NCBI GenBank assembly: GCA_965197585.1 | Contig: OZ240215.1 | Location: forward strand, 128,001-192,000 | Direction: 5' to 3' | DNA from: Dehalococcoidia bacterium | Lineage (GTDB): Bacteria; Chloroflexota; Dehalococcoidia; Plut-88900 | Length of the DNA: 64,000 nt | Shown: positions 51,006 through 60,973 of the stretch, one piece after another | Position numbering within the stretch: the first letter of the stretch is position 1 | Layout of the letters: every line of letters starts with the position of its first letter | Translations under genes and position numbers: made by a program | Notes under the pieces: generated by a model | Told to the model about the DNA's origin: nothing | Database searches by the model: none | What the model saw: only the letters and a program-made list of their open reading frames with translations

Positions 51006-51984
51006 GATCCCGCGCCCATTCCCGATTCTCCATATACCAGTCCACAACCCGTCCGATCCCCTCTTCTACACCAATTGTCGGTCTCCACTTCAATAGCATG
51101 CCGGCACGGGTGACATCCGCCCACGTGACTAGTGGGTCGGTGCGATGCCTCTCCCGAAATGCGATCCGAGCCTTCCTGTCGACCCTCTTCTGTATGATGT
51201 TGATGACCTCATTGATGGATACGGGACTCTCATTGCCGAGGTTGACTGTCTCATATCCCTCAAGACCCAGCGCCGCCACTGTACCCCGGGCGACGTCAGT
51301 CACGTAGGTGAAATCCCTCCGCTGGGTTCCATCTCCATAGACTGTTATAGGTTCACCCTCGACGATGCCCCTTACGAAACGGAAAATGCTCATGTCAGGC
51401 CGACCCGCTGGCCCATACACTGTGAAGTAGCGCAAGACCGATGCATCGATCCCGTACAGATGATGGTAGGAATACAGAAGGGTTTCCGCGGCTATTTTGG
51501 ATGCGGCATAGGGAGACAATGGTCGGCTCGATTGCGCATCCTCGCTGACCGGCCCCTTAATTTCAGAGCCGTATACGCTCGACGTGGAGGCAAGAATAAA
51601 TTTTCCGATATCGAGCTCCTTGCACATTTCCAGCAGGTTAACGCACCCTAGGACATTTGCCTCATAGTAGGCTCGGGGCTCTTCCACGCTACCTCCGACC
51701 CCAGCCCGGGCAGCGAAATTAATGATCACCGTTATTGGATTGACTTTATGTTCCTGCCGGATCGTGGATTTCAACGAATCAAGGTCGGAAATATCCAGCT
51801 TCTTAAAGGTGAATCCTGGGTTCGCAGTGAGACTGTCAAGTCGCCACTTTTGCAGCCGAGCGTCGTTCCCACCGTGCAGGTTATCGATTCCAAGCACCCT
51901 ATGACCCTCTTCAAGCAGAAGCTTGGCCACGTTGGACCCTATGAAACCCGCACAGCCTGTGACAAGGACGTTCAAATAAGTCAC
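50998..51984 (-). CDS. NAD-dependent epimerase (UDP-glucuronate 4-epimerase-like)
   Basis: TGCAGFIG, AARAGV, ASTSSVYG, YAASK and RYFTVYGP-x-GRPDM motifs. Confidence 0.88.
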   Translation of the reverse strand: MTYLNVLVTGCAGFIGSNVAKLLLEEGHRVLGIDNLHGGNDARLQKWRLDSLTANPGFTFKKLDISDLDSLKSTIRQEHKVNPITVIINFAARAGVGGSVEEPRAYYEANVLGCVNLLEMCKELDIGKFILASTSSVYGSEIKGPVSEDAQSSRPLSPYAASKIAAETLLYSYHHLYGIDASVLRYFTVYGPAGRPDMSIFRFVRGIVEGEPITVYGDGTQRRDFTYVTDVARGTVAALGLEGYETVNLGNESPVSINEVINIIQKRVDRKARIAFRERHRTDPLVTWADVTRAGMLLKWRPTIGVEEGIGRVVDWYMENREWARDLK

Positions 51985-52264
51985 GTCTTCCTGATCAATT
52001 CCATTGCCGCTTTCGGTTGCCAGAAAACTCCGACATTCCTACCTTCAGAGGGCTAATCCAGGCAAGTACAGTCCAGTTACTGGACGGCCTTTTTGCATCA
52101 GTAGCCGTTTACTCTCCCAGGTCATTCGTCCCACACCTGATAGCAGGATAGAATCGGGCCGGGTCCAAGACCGATTCTATCCTACACCGGATACGGCTAC
52201 CGCAAACTACAGATTGATTGAGAAACTTTTCCGTTAATGTGCTTACAAATGCTCCATATTAGTA

Positions 52265-52293
52265 TTGACATTGAAGCTTGTCTTGTCTAGACT
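52265..52293 (+). promoter_or_regulatory. sigma70-type promoter of bfd-bfr
   Basis: TTGACA-N17-TAGACT. Confidence 0.6.
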
Positions 52294-52338
52294 ACCGACA
52301 ATCTGTGCATAGCCTATAGCAATGAGGAAGCCCCCACT

Positions 52339-52584
52339 ATGTTACTATGTGTGTGCAAAGGCATAAGGGTCTCTGAGGCAGTCGATGCGGCCAGATCGGG
52401 CAACAGGTCACCTGCGTCATTAATCAACAGGTTTGGGCTCGAAGACGATGATTGTTGCGGCAGGTGTGCGAGTGACATCGTCCGGCTGACCAGCCTTGTG
52501 AACGGGGAACTCGCCAGAGCAGATGCGAGGCACAGCTCCGTCCAGTATAATAGCCCCAGGGTACCTGCTACCGTCTCGATCTAG
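52339..52584 (+). CDS. bfd: bacterioferritin-associated ferredoxin
   Basis: CVC...CCGRC (2Fe-2S) pattern; directly upstream of bfr. Confidence 0.85.
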   Translation: MLLCVCKGIRVSEAVDAARSGNRSPASLINRFGLEDDDCCGRCASDIVRLTSLVNGELARADARHSSVQYNSPRVPATVSI

Positions 52585-52599
52585 TAGAGGAAGGCACAT

Positions 52600-53076
52600 T
52601 TGAGGGCTAAAGAAGGCGTAGTTGAACGCCTGAATAACATACTGACGATTGACCTGACGGCCATAAACCAGTACTTCATCCATTCGGAGATGTGCAAGAA
52701 CTGGGGTTTTAACCGGATGGCCCACAGCCTCCGGTCCAACAGCTTCGAGGAGATGAAGGATGCCCAGAACCTGATCCAACACGTCCTCTATCTGGAGGGA
52801 ATCCCTAACCTGCAAAGGCTCAATCAGGTAAAAGTTGGGGAGTCGGTCCTGGAGGACCTACAGCTGGATCTTCAGTCGGAGAAAGAGGCGGTTGAGATCC
52901 TAACGGAAGCGATCACACACTGCGTACGGGTGGAAGACTATACGACCCGAGGCCTGCTCGAAGGGATGGTGCGCTCAGAGGAAGAGCACATCGACTGGCT
53001 TGAGACCCAGTTGGAAACCATAAATACCATAGGACTGGAACTGTACCTCAACCAGCAGATCCACGAAGACGACTGA
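52600..53076 (+). CDS. bfr: bacterioferritin
   Basis: AINQYFIH, EEMK, LEG-x-PNLQ and EEEHIDWLETQ motifs. Confidence 0.95.
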   Translation: MRAKEGVVERLNNILTIDLTAINQYFIHSEMCKNWGFNRMAHSLRSNSFEEMKDAQNLIQHVLYLEGIPNLQRLNQVKVGESVLEDLQLDLQSEKEAVEILTEAITHCVRVEDYTTRGLLEGMVRSEEEHIDWLETQLETINTIGLELYLNQQIHEDD

Positions 53077-53471
53077 CAAGCCTGCCCCAACATTAGTGTC
53101 ACAATCTTAGGTTACCGTTAGCGCTCGAGCCATTGTTGCTCGGGCGCTGGTTTTTGGCCTCTACTCACCCAGTTTACTGAGAAACTCGGCATTTATCCTC
53201 TTTACATCTTTACGGAACCGGCAAAGAGGATTCGTATGGGAAAACCCAAAATCACTGTGGAAAACGTGCGTAGCAACGTGGAACGCACCGGAGGGGACCC
53301 TGCTATAAGCCAGTACGTCTGATTTATTGGTCCTGGTTGGCTTATTGAATGGAAGAGGGTTTAGCGTGTGACTCGGGCTCCCTTGATATTCTGCGAAATC
53401 AACCATAAACATTCGCTAGAAAACAAGACCTATACAATTCCAGTCGAAGCTGGACAGAACCGACGCAGCGT

Positions 53472-53583
53472 TCACAGCGCAAGTCTATACCTAAGTAAAA
53501 GAGTTCTCGATTTTGTCAAGTTTGTTGGCCCCAACCGCATAAATGACAGAACCTTTTCGGTGAGGTTCAGGATAGGCCTTCAG
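53472..53583. repeat. double (inverted) recombination-site-like arm C
   Basis: Left arm on minus reads RTLLLRYRLAL*; right arm on plus reads GPNRINDRTFSVRFRIGL(CAG). Confidence 0.7.
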
Positions 53584-54162
53584 TGGTCGGAGCATATATT
53601 CCGCCAAGTGAGTCGAATCCACGTTGGTGGACTATATGATCCCGTACTGTGGGTGTTGTCCTTGAATGTGTCGCTCTGGGTGGACACGCCAGACTCTTTA
53701 GATTGTTCGGCATGCCTGAGGCTTCACCTTCTCAGTCCTTGAGTTCATTGGACTTCTGGACCGCCATCCCCCCGCAGTCCCGAGGCATCACACCAATTGC
53801 GAGGTCAAATCGGATATTCTATAGATCTGCACGATTGGCCTGCAATGTCCACCTGGGCCTGTCGGATAGATTCGATCAATCCTAGGTATCAGGCTCTGGT
53901 TAATGGCATCAACCGGAAGAGACGCTTACGCCCCCTCTACCCTGTAACCTTTCCATAACTATCCATATATCCGGACTCGCACCCCATCCCGAGGCTTGAG
54001 TGATACTGCCTAGTCTTTGAGACTACTCGTACCCTTAATGGTCTTTTCATCCCCCACAACGAACGCGGAGGACCTCGCCACTTTTGCACGCCTCTTCCAT
54101 CTCGGGGTGCTATATCCCCGTAATTGCCCTCGAACGACTTAAATTTGTTGGGCAATTAACTG

Positions 54163-54266
54163 TTGACACTTAACAAAAGTTAGTCTAATCTGCCTTCCGC
54201 GATTAGGTTAGGCCACCCTAAATATTGTTATGTGTAAGCCAGAATATATGGGTTAGTCTTACCTAG
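54163..54266 (+). promoter_or_regulatory. promoter with DtxR/IdeR-type iron boxes
   Basis: TTGACA(54163)-N17-TAATCT; TTAGGTTAGGCCACCCTAA 54203-54221; ATGGGTTAGTCTTACCTAG 54248-54266. Confidence 0.75.
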
Positions 54267-54685
54267 CTGTGGCACTTGTCACGATATAGTTCATTAGAGT
54301 GGCAATCCTAAGCTAATATAGGATCCTCAACAATGTCGGCTTGAGAAACGGTAACTAATGCCCCCCACTCACTTGCCAATTACTCTCTTGGCTATACTCG
54401 CAGATTTGCGCTACGTCAGCTGCAGATCCGATCCACCTCCAACTTCTCCCTCACCGACCACCGCCCCGCCTCTCCCCACTCCAACCAAACCCTTGAATTC
54501 CGCTACCACAGAGGCTCTCGCTCAGAATCCAACCTCTAGCCCTGTTCCCGCATTTCGGTTTGCATGAAATTCGGCTTGCTCCCACATTATGGAGGCGAAG
54601 ATGTAATTGTAGGCGCGAAGCAAGACCAACGAAAGGTGTCCTTGAAGGAGTCCCGGATATACAAAAGAAGATTAGGAGGAAAAGT

Positions 54686-55837
54686 ATGCTCAGAATGGCA
54701 TTAGTGTTGCTGGTCATATCCGCCTTGGCCTTCGCCATGGCCTGCGGCGGGGGCGGAGCCAGCGACGACCTTAAGACCCAGGTAGTCGACAATTATGCCG
54801 CGGGTGCCCACGCGTCTTATGCCCGAAGCCTCGCTTCCGCAAGAGCGATGGATTCCGCCATTGATAGCTTCCTAGCTGCCCCGTCCCAGCACCGTCTGGA
54901 TGCCGCCAAGTACGCCTGGCTACTGGGCCGCGACGACTACGGAGTCACCGAGATTTACCGCTTCTACGATGGCCCAATCGACAACGAAGAGGACGGCCCT
55001 GAGGGCCTCATCAATGCCTGGCCTCTGGACGAGTCCTACATAGACTACGTCGAAGGCGCCCCGAGCGCCGGCATCATAAACAACCCCGAGGAATTCCCGA
55101 CCATCGACGCTGATTTGCTGGTATCTCTTAACGAGGTAGGCGGTGAAGAGAACGTCTCTACCGGTTGGCACGCCATCGAGTTCCTGCTGTGGGGTCAGGA
55201 CCTCAACGCCGACGGCCCCGGCTACCGCCCGGTTGAAGACTACACGGTCAATGAGAACGCAGACCGCAGGGCTGCCTACCTTCGCGTGGCTTCAGACGTC
55301 CTGCTGGGCCACATGCAGGACATGGTCGACGCCTGGGCCCCGGGCGAGGGCAACTACCGCGCGCAGTTCGTGTCCAAGGACTCCGACGAGGCTATAACGG
55401 ACATAATCACCGGTATCGGAGAGATGAGCCGGGGTGAACTTGCGGGCGAGCGCATGACCGTAGCTTACGAGGAGAGGTCGCAGGAAGATGAGCATTCCTG
55501 CTTCTCCGACAATACCACCGCCGACATCATTGCCAACGCAGTCGGCGTCCAGCGGGTCTACTTCGGAGACTACGGCGACGTTAGCGGCCCCGGCATCATG
55601 GACCTGATCGCCGCCGAGGACGAGGCTCTCGCCGAGACCCTGGCAAACGAGATCAACCGTTCCGTCGCATTGGCAAGGTCTATTCCTATTCCTTTCGACA
55701 GACACCTTGCCGAGGGCCTCGCGGACTCCGACCAGGGGCGCAAGGCGGTGCTTGCAACAATTGAAGCTCTGGAAGACCAGACCGATACGATTGTCCAGGC
55801 AGCCGAGAACGTTGGCATTACCATCAGCGTAAGCTGA
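54686..55837 (+). CDS. imelysin-like (peptidase M75/IrpA) iron-regulated lipoprotein
   Basis: AGGAGG RBS, AMAC lipobox, INAWPLDE, GWHAIEFLLWGQD, ELAGER and EDEHSCFSDNT motifs. Confidence 0.92.
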   Translation: MLRMALVLLVISALAFAMACGGGGASDDLKTQVVDNYAAGAHASYARSLASARAMDSAIDSFLAAPSQHRLDAAKYAWLLGRDDYGVTEIYRFYDGPIDNEEDGPEGLINAWPLDESYIDYVEGAPSAGIINNPEEFPTIDADLLVSLNEVGGEENVSTGWHAIEFLLWGQDLNADGPGYRPVEDYTVNENADRRAAYLRVASDVLLGHMQDMVDAWAPGEGNYRAQFVSKDSDEAITDIITGIGEMSRGELAGERMTVAYEERSQEDEHSCFSDNTTADIIANAVGVQRVYFGDYGDVSGPGIMDLIAAEDEALAETLANEINRSVALARSIPIPFDRHLAEGLADSDQGRKAVLATIEALEDQTDTIVQAAENVGITISVS

Positions 55838-55843
55838 TTTAGC

Positions 55844-57265
55844 ATGCACCATTCCGGGTTGGTGATTAGGTTGTGGTCACGGCCGCTGACAGCAGTGCTT
55901 CTCGTGGTCGTGATCACAACTGCCATCGCCTGTGGGCAGGATGAATCGGACGTTGATCTGGATGAGGTCTACAACGTCCTTCTCGGCGGAGAGACCACTG
56001 CCTTCAGTGCCGGTACGAACGCCTTCGAACTCTCCGCCCGAAACCTGACCAACGAGCTCCGACGCACCTTTGAAGTGGGCGACAGCTTCTTTAATCAGAA
56101 TTGGGTTGCCGCGCCCGCAAGCACCGTGGCCCGGGACGGTCTCGGCCCCACCCACAACGCCCTGTCCTGCTCCTCCTGCCACAGCCACGACGGTCGTGGC
56201 AAACCACCTGATGGCCCCGACGACCCGGAACGGGGCCTCCTCATCAGGCTGAGCATCCCGGGCCCCGACGGTCCCATAGACGATCCTGTATACGGAGGCC
56301 AGTTGCAGGACAGGGCTATTCTCCTCGTGCCACCCGAGGGTCGCGTGCTAATCACGTACGAAGAAATGCCGGGAACGTATCCGGACGGCACGGAATACAG
56401 CCTCAGACTTCCAGTCTATACTTTCGAGGGCCTTGCCTTCGGCCCATTGCATTCTGAGATCATGACCTCGCCGAGGGTGGCGCCCGCCGTCATAGGAATG
56501 GGGCTCCTGGAGGCCATCCCGGAAGAGGACATACTTGCGCTCTCTGATCCCGACGACGCCGATGAGGACGGCATTTCCGGACGCCCGAATAACGTTTGGG
56601 ACATCCGCCGCGGCGAGAAGGTGGTCGGCCGTTTCGGTTGGAAAGCGGGACAACCTACTGCAGAGCAGCAGGCTGCCGGTGCATTCTTGGGAGACATAGG
56701 AATAACTTCCACACTATTCCCAGACGATAACTGCCCGACTGTCCAAGAAGCATGTCTGGCTGCACCCGATGGCGGCGAACCGGAGATCCCCGACGAACGT
56801 CTGCAAAAGGTTGCAGTTTACCTCCAGACCCTGGCCGTTCCGGCCATGCGCAACACGGAGGATGAGACGGTTCAGCAGGGCGCCACGCTATTCGTACGCT
56901 CCCAGTGTGCCGCATGCCATACCACTCGCTACGAGACCGGAGATACGCACCCCGTCGAGCCGCTCCGCAGCCAGGTCATATTTCCCTTCACAGACCTCCT
57001 ATTGCACGACATGGGCTCCGGCCTAGCAGATAACCGGCCCGAGGCTGATGCAACCGGTAGCGAATGGCGTACACCCCCCCTGTGGGGTATCGGATTGGTC
57101 GAGACTGTAAACGGGCATACAATGTTTCTGCACGACGGCCGCGCCCGAAGCTTGGAAGAGGCCATCCTCTGGCACGACGGCGAGGCAGCCGGGTCCCGTG
57201 ACCTCTTCATGAGCCTGACCGCAGAAGAACGTGAAGCGCTCATCAAGTTCCTGGAGTCACTGTAA
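55844..57265 (+). CDS. di-heme oxidoreductase (DHOR) family lipoprotein
   Basis: DGLGP, CSSCH, GRFGWKA, CAACH, WRTPPLWG and LHDGRAR motifs. Confidence 0.92.
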   Translation: MHHSGLVIRLWSRPLTAVLLVVVITTAIACGQDESDVDLDEVYNVLLGGETTAFSAGTNAFELSARNLTNELRRTFEVGDSFFNQNWVAAPASTVARDGLGPTHNALSCSSCHSHDGRGKPPDGPDDPERGLLIRLSIPGPDGPIDDPVYGGQLQDRAILLVPPEGRVLITYEEMPGTYPDGTEYSLRLPVYTFEGLAFGPLHSEIMTSPRVAPAVIGMGLLEAIPEEDILALSDPDDADEDGISGRPNNVWDIRRGEKVVGRFGWKAGQPTAEQQAAGAFLGDIGITSTLFPDDNCPTVQEACLAAPDGGEPEIPDERLQKVAVYLQTLAVPAMRNTEDETVQQGATLFVRSQCAACHTTRYETGDTHPVEPLRSQVIFPFTDLLLHDMGSGLADNRPEADATGSEWRTPPLWGIGLVETVNGHTMFLHDGRARSLEEAILWHDGEAAGSRDLFMSLTAEEREALIKFLESL

Positions 57266-58351
57266 GTGCGGTACAAACTGAGCAAGATATTCCCGGTATC
57301 GATTGTCATCGTCCTTCTAGTTGTGGCGTGCGGTTCGGGTGGCCCTTCCGACAAGGACGTGATGATAAGTCTCACGGATAACGTAGTGATTCCCGCCTAT
57401 GAAACAGTTGCTGAGGATGCTTCCCAGCTGGACCGAGACGTACAGACCCTGTGCGGTGCTCCAGATGATGGATCATTGCGGGCTGCCCGGGAGTCCTGGC
57501 GCAAAGCAGTAAGGTCCTGGAGTTACTCTGAGGCGATGTGGTTCGGGCCCGTAATGGACCGGCGGTCGCTGCGACTTCTCGACTGGTCCCCTACCGACAC
57601 CGCCGCTATCGATGAACTCCTCGCCAAAAGATCATCTATCTCCATTGATGAGGTCAGGGAGGTGCTGGCTTCCAACCAGCGCGGGTTCGGGGCTATCGAA
57701 TACGCATTATTCGACAACCTTGCCTTGCCGAATCTCAGCGGTTCCCCCATTTATTGTGCTTATCTAACTGCCCTGACCCTGGTTGTGCAACAGGAGACTG
57801 CAGCCATTCTTTCCGATTGGGCGACCGGGTCTGATCGCGCTCCATACAAGGACTACTTTACCGACCGCGCCGATATCACCCTTGTTCCCAGTGACGCCGT
57901 AGCAGAGGTAATTCGTACTCAAGTCTTTCTAATTCGCAGCATGGTGGACATGCGGTTGGCCTCGGCCCTGGGCCTCCGGGACACCTCCCCCGACCTGACG
58001 GCCATTCCCGGAAACGCCGCCGACAACGGTCTGCAAGACCTCCGCAACGAGATCCTCGGAATGCAGGCCGTATACGAGGGGGTGGGGCAGGATAAATTGG
58101 GTATTTCAGCCCTTGTTGCCCATCTATCCGAAGATACCGATACTCGGATGCGAGGCCAGTTCACCGCTGCCATTGAAGCTATAGACTCAGTGGAGGGCTC
58201 GCTTCGACAGACCCTCTCCAAAAACCCCACGCGTATCCGTGCTGTCTACGACCGCCTGTCCGATGTCCAGCGTACCATTTCCACTGAAGTAGTCAGCTTG
58301 CTTGGCGTCTCCGTCGGTGTCAGTGAATCCGACGGAGACAGCCTGCGCTAG
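57266..58351 (+). CDS. second imelysin-like lipoprotein
   Basis: VVAC lipobox, FGP, RGFGAIEYALF and C-terminal SDGD. Confidence 0.85.
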   Translation: MRYKLSKIFPVSIVIVLLVVACGSGGPSDKDVMISLTDNVVIPAYETVAEDASQLDRDVQTLCGAPDDGSLRAARESWRKAVRSWSYSEAMWFGPVMDRRSLRLLDWSPTDTAAIDELLAKRSSISIDEVREVLASNQRGFGAIEYALFDNLALPNLSGSPIYCAYLTALTLVVQQETAAILSDWATGSDRAPYKDYFTDRADITLVPSDAVAEVIRTQVFLIRSMVDMRLASALGLRDTSPDLTAIPGNAADNGLQDLRNEILGMQAVYEGVGQDKLGISALVAHLSEDTDTRMRGQFTAAIEAIDSVEGSLRQTLSKNPTRIRAVYDRLSDVQRTISTEVVSLLGVSVGVSESDGDSLR

Positions 58352-58360
58352 AACGCCTCA

Positions 58361-59806
58361 ATGTCTTTCTTAGGCAGTGTCGGTGCGCACCATGTAGGCA
58401 CAGTACGCCCGAGGATTGGCGCCTGGGGCTTGGCCGACAAAGTGATCCGTGCCGGGTCTGAGCCCGTCTCCCCTGCATCGGCGGCCATCTTTCGTATCAT
58501 ACTCGGTGTTGTTGGTGTTTTTGCAGTCTTACGGATCGCCGCCAAAGGCTGGATCTCGGAACTGTACATAGAGCCTGCCCACCACTTTAGCTACTACGGT
58601 TTCGGCTGGATCCAACCTTGGCCCGGGTGGGGTATGTACCTCCACTTTGCCCTTCTCGGACTGGCGAGTCTCGGTGTGGCCCTGGGCTACCGCTACCGGC
58701 TGTCGATAACCGCTTTCTTCCTTCTCTTCACCTATATCGAGTTGATCGATAAGACCACTTACCTGAATCACTATTATTTCATTAGCCTGGCCAGTTTCAT
58801 CATGATTTTCTTGCCCCTTCATCGCGCCTTTTCTTTGGATGCCCGGATAGGGACGGAGAACGAAAGACCGTCGATTATCCCCGGGGCAACTCTCTGGATG
58901 CTCAGGGCGCAGGTCGGTGTAGTCTACTTCTTCGCGGGCGTTGCCAAGCTGAATCCCGATTGGCTTTTCCACGCCGAGCCCCTCGGTATCTGGCTTTACA
59001 ACAGCTCCGACACTGTACTTATCGGCCCGTTCCTCAGGGAGTCGTGGGTCGCCTATGGTATGAGTTGGGCCGGGGCCTTCTTTGACTTGACCGTAGTCGG
59101 CTGGCTCTTGTGGTCCAAGTCTCGTCCTTTCGCCTACGCTGTCCTCATATTATTCCACCTTTTGACGGCACTCATATTCCCTACCATTGGCGTATTCCCC
59201 TTGATAATGACCGGGTCTGCCTTAATTTTCTTCAGTCCTGACTGGCCTGTTCGATTGGTCAGACGTTTACGTTCTCTTCCGGATGAGCCAGGAACCCCCG
59301 GTCATCTCACAGCAACCGGCGCGCGGACAGTCTCCTGGCTGGCCCGAGCGGCCCTCCTCCTCGCTGTTGTCTTTTTCACAGTCCAGGTCGCCATTCCTCT
59401 GCGACATTTTGCTTACCCCGGCAACGTCCGATGGACCGAGGAGGGTTATCGCTTCTCTTGGAGGGTGCTCGTTACCGAAAAGACGGGGTTGGTCAAGTTC
59501 CGAGTTACCCCGGAGGGTGCTGGGGAAGAATGGTTCGTCTACCCGGAGCAATACTTGACGCCTCTTCAAGTCGAGCGGATGGCCTACCAGCCGGACATGA
59601 TACTGGCCACCGCCCACATCATTCGAGACGGCTACGGCTATAAGGGGTACGAAGGCGTTGAAGTCCGTGCCGACGCCTTCGTCACGTACAACAGACGTCC
59701 TTCAACCCGCCTGATAGATCCGAACGCCAATCTGGCCAGCGTAGAAGCAGGTATTGGGCCCAAGCGTTGGATTCTTCCCCCTCCAAACGGGCCGCCCCTA
59801 AACTAG
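58361..59806 (+). CDS. HTTM-domain / vitamin K-dependent gamma-carboxylase-like membrane protein
   Basis: FRI-x-x-G, YLNHYY, SLDAR, YFFAGVAKLNPDW, RFSWRV and LIDP motifs. Confidence 0.88.
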   Translation: MSFLGSVGAHHVGTVRPRIGAWGLADKVIRAGSEPVSPASAAIFRIILGVVGVFAVLRIAAKGWISELYIEPAHHFSYYGFGWIQPWPGWGMYLHFALLGLASLGVALGYRYRLSITAFFLLFTYIELIDKTTYLNHYYFISLASFIMIFLPLHRAFSLDARIGTENERPSIIPGATLWMLRAQVGVVYFFAGVAKLNPDWLFHAEPLGIWLYNSSDTVLIGPFLRESWVAYGMSWAGAFFDLTVVGWLLWSKSRPFAYAVLILFHLLTALIFPTIGVFPLIMTGSALIFFSPDWPVRLVRRLRSLPDEPGTPGHLTATGARTVSWLARAALLLAVVFFTVQVAIPLRHFAYPGNVRWTEEGYRFSWRVLVTEKTGLVKFRVTPEGAGEEWFVYPEQYLTPLQVERMAYQPDMILATAHIIRDGYGYKGYEGVEVRADAFVTYNRRPSTRLIDPNANLASVEAGIGPKRWILPPPNGPPLN

Positions 59807-59954
59807 TGTTCGGATATTCTGCCTCGGCTGACGAGGCTGCGCCCAAAGAGAAATGGCCAAGTCAGACTATCCTTCACTCTCTATCCAATAGCGCTCTTTG
59901 CCGCTCTCGATCGGAGCTGCCTGGCAAATCTTCACGCCGGTTACGCAATAAGCA

Positions 59955-60515
59955 CCAAACTCTGCACTACTCCTGGGCAACAGAACTGAACTCCCCTTCG
60001 GAGAGCTAGCTGACCGAGGGTTCACTTCTTAAGCCTTGGCGAATGCTAGTTCGAAGGTTGTAGGCATGCGGAGATACATACAGCATCTTTCTCTCAAAGA
60101 GAGGTGAGATTGAGAGGGGTAATCGCAGACTCACGCATGATCATATTGTAGGATAGGCCCTGCCAATTTAAGCTCGGAGGAATCCCATGGAAGCGTATTG
60201 TGTGAAGTGCCGGTCCAAGAGGGAGATGAGTAGCCAACAGGCCATTACGATGAAGAATGGGCGCCCGGCCACACGGGGTGTCTGCCCAGTCTGCTCCACA
60301 AGGATGTTCCGGATTGGCAAAACCGCATAGTCCAGCGGTCTGCAACTGACGAGATATATCCGCTTTAGCAGGGACCTCTTGCTACTATCTGAGCTACCGG
60401 TTGTCCTGCTCAGTCGGTTCTTGGTGGGTTTCGCACGACGTGGGAGGACAGGAGTTTGACTACAGGTCCAGCACGAACCTCAAGGAGAAGGTTATCCAAT
60501 TCGTCCAGTTGTTGG
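59955..60515 (+). repeat. duplicated block, copy 2 (leader + DUF5679-like gene + arm D)
   Basis: Collinear with 14545-15110; arm D on minus reads NWTNWITFSLRFVLDL* (stop 60460-60462). Confidence 0.85.
60187..60330 (+). CDS. 47-aa DUF5679-like zinc-ribbon protein
   Basis: GGAGG RBS; MEAYCVKCRSKREM...KNGRPATRGVCPVCSTRMFRIGK. Confidence 0.87.
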   Translation: MEAYCVKCRSKREMSSQQAITMKNGRPATRGVCPVCSTRMFRIGKTA

Positions 60516-60524
60516 CCTCTTTGA

Positions 60525-60827
60525 TCACCGCTCACACACGACGCCATCCCCGTCCCTGGAGCTGGGAACCATCTCCTTAGGAAATCCCCTCCCTCCACCC
60601 TCACTCCCCTCCACTCTTGACTCGCCGGCATTCTCCGCTTCCTCGCACGACTCGTATACCCCGCCTTCGCTTTCAGGTTCCGGCTGCGGCCTGGGGACGC
60701 CCTCCGCTCTTGCTGCCTCTACCTCGACGGGTTTTTCGCAGGTGTCCAGCATCGCGATGAGCGCCTCCGCCTCCCCCTGGGTCAATAGTGCTTGTGTACT
60801 TGCGCTGTTTTTGGGAACAGGTTGCAT
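60525..60827 (-). pseudogene. C-terminal remnant with an Excalibur Ca-binding domain (likely the tail of a secreted DUF1524-type protein)
   Basis: YESCEEA...RDGDGVVCE; LTQGEAEALIAMLDTC; no signal peptide. Confidence 0.6.
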
Positions 60828-60973
60828 GGTGGCCGGTATATGGATGGGATAATGTCGATAAATTCAAAACACATCCCGTCAACTGCTGACCCGACCCATT
60901 GACACTCCCTCTCTCTCTTGGGAACCTTCTGCCGTGGGCAAATCAAGGGAGTTCTCAACCAGCGAAATGCCCC

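Noticed and set aside
53368-53742. 124-aa ORF spanning arm C
   Set aside because: No RBS or family motif; better explained as a recombination-site scar, at most a recombinase C-terminal remnant
54560-54685. N-terminal extension of the imelysin in the ORF track
   Set aside because: A strong AGGAGG RBS and the signal peptide indicate the start at ATG 54686
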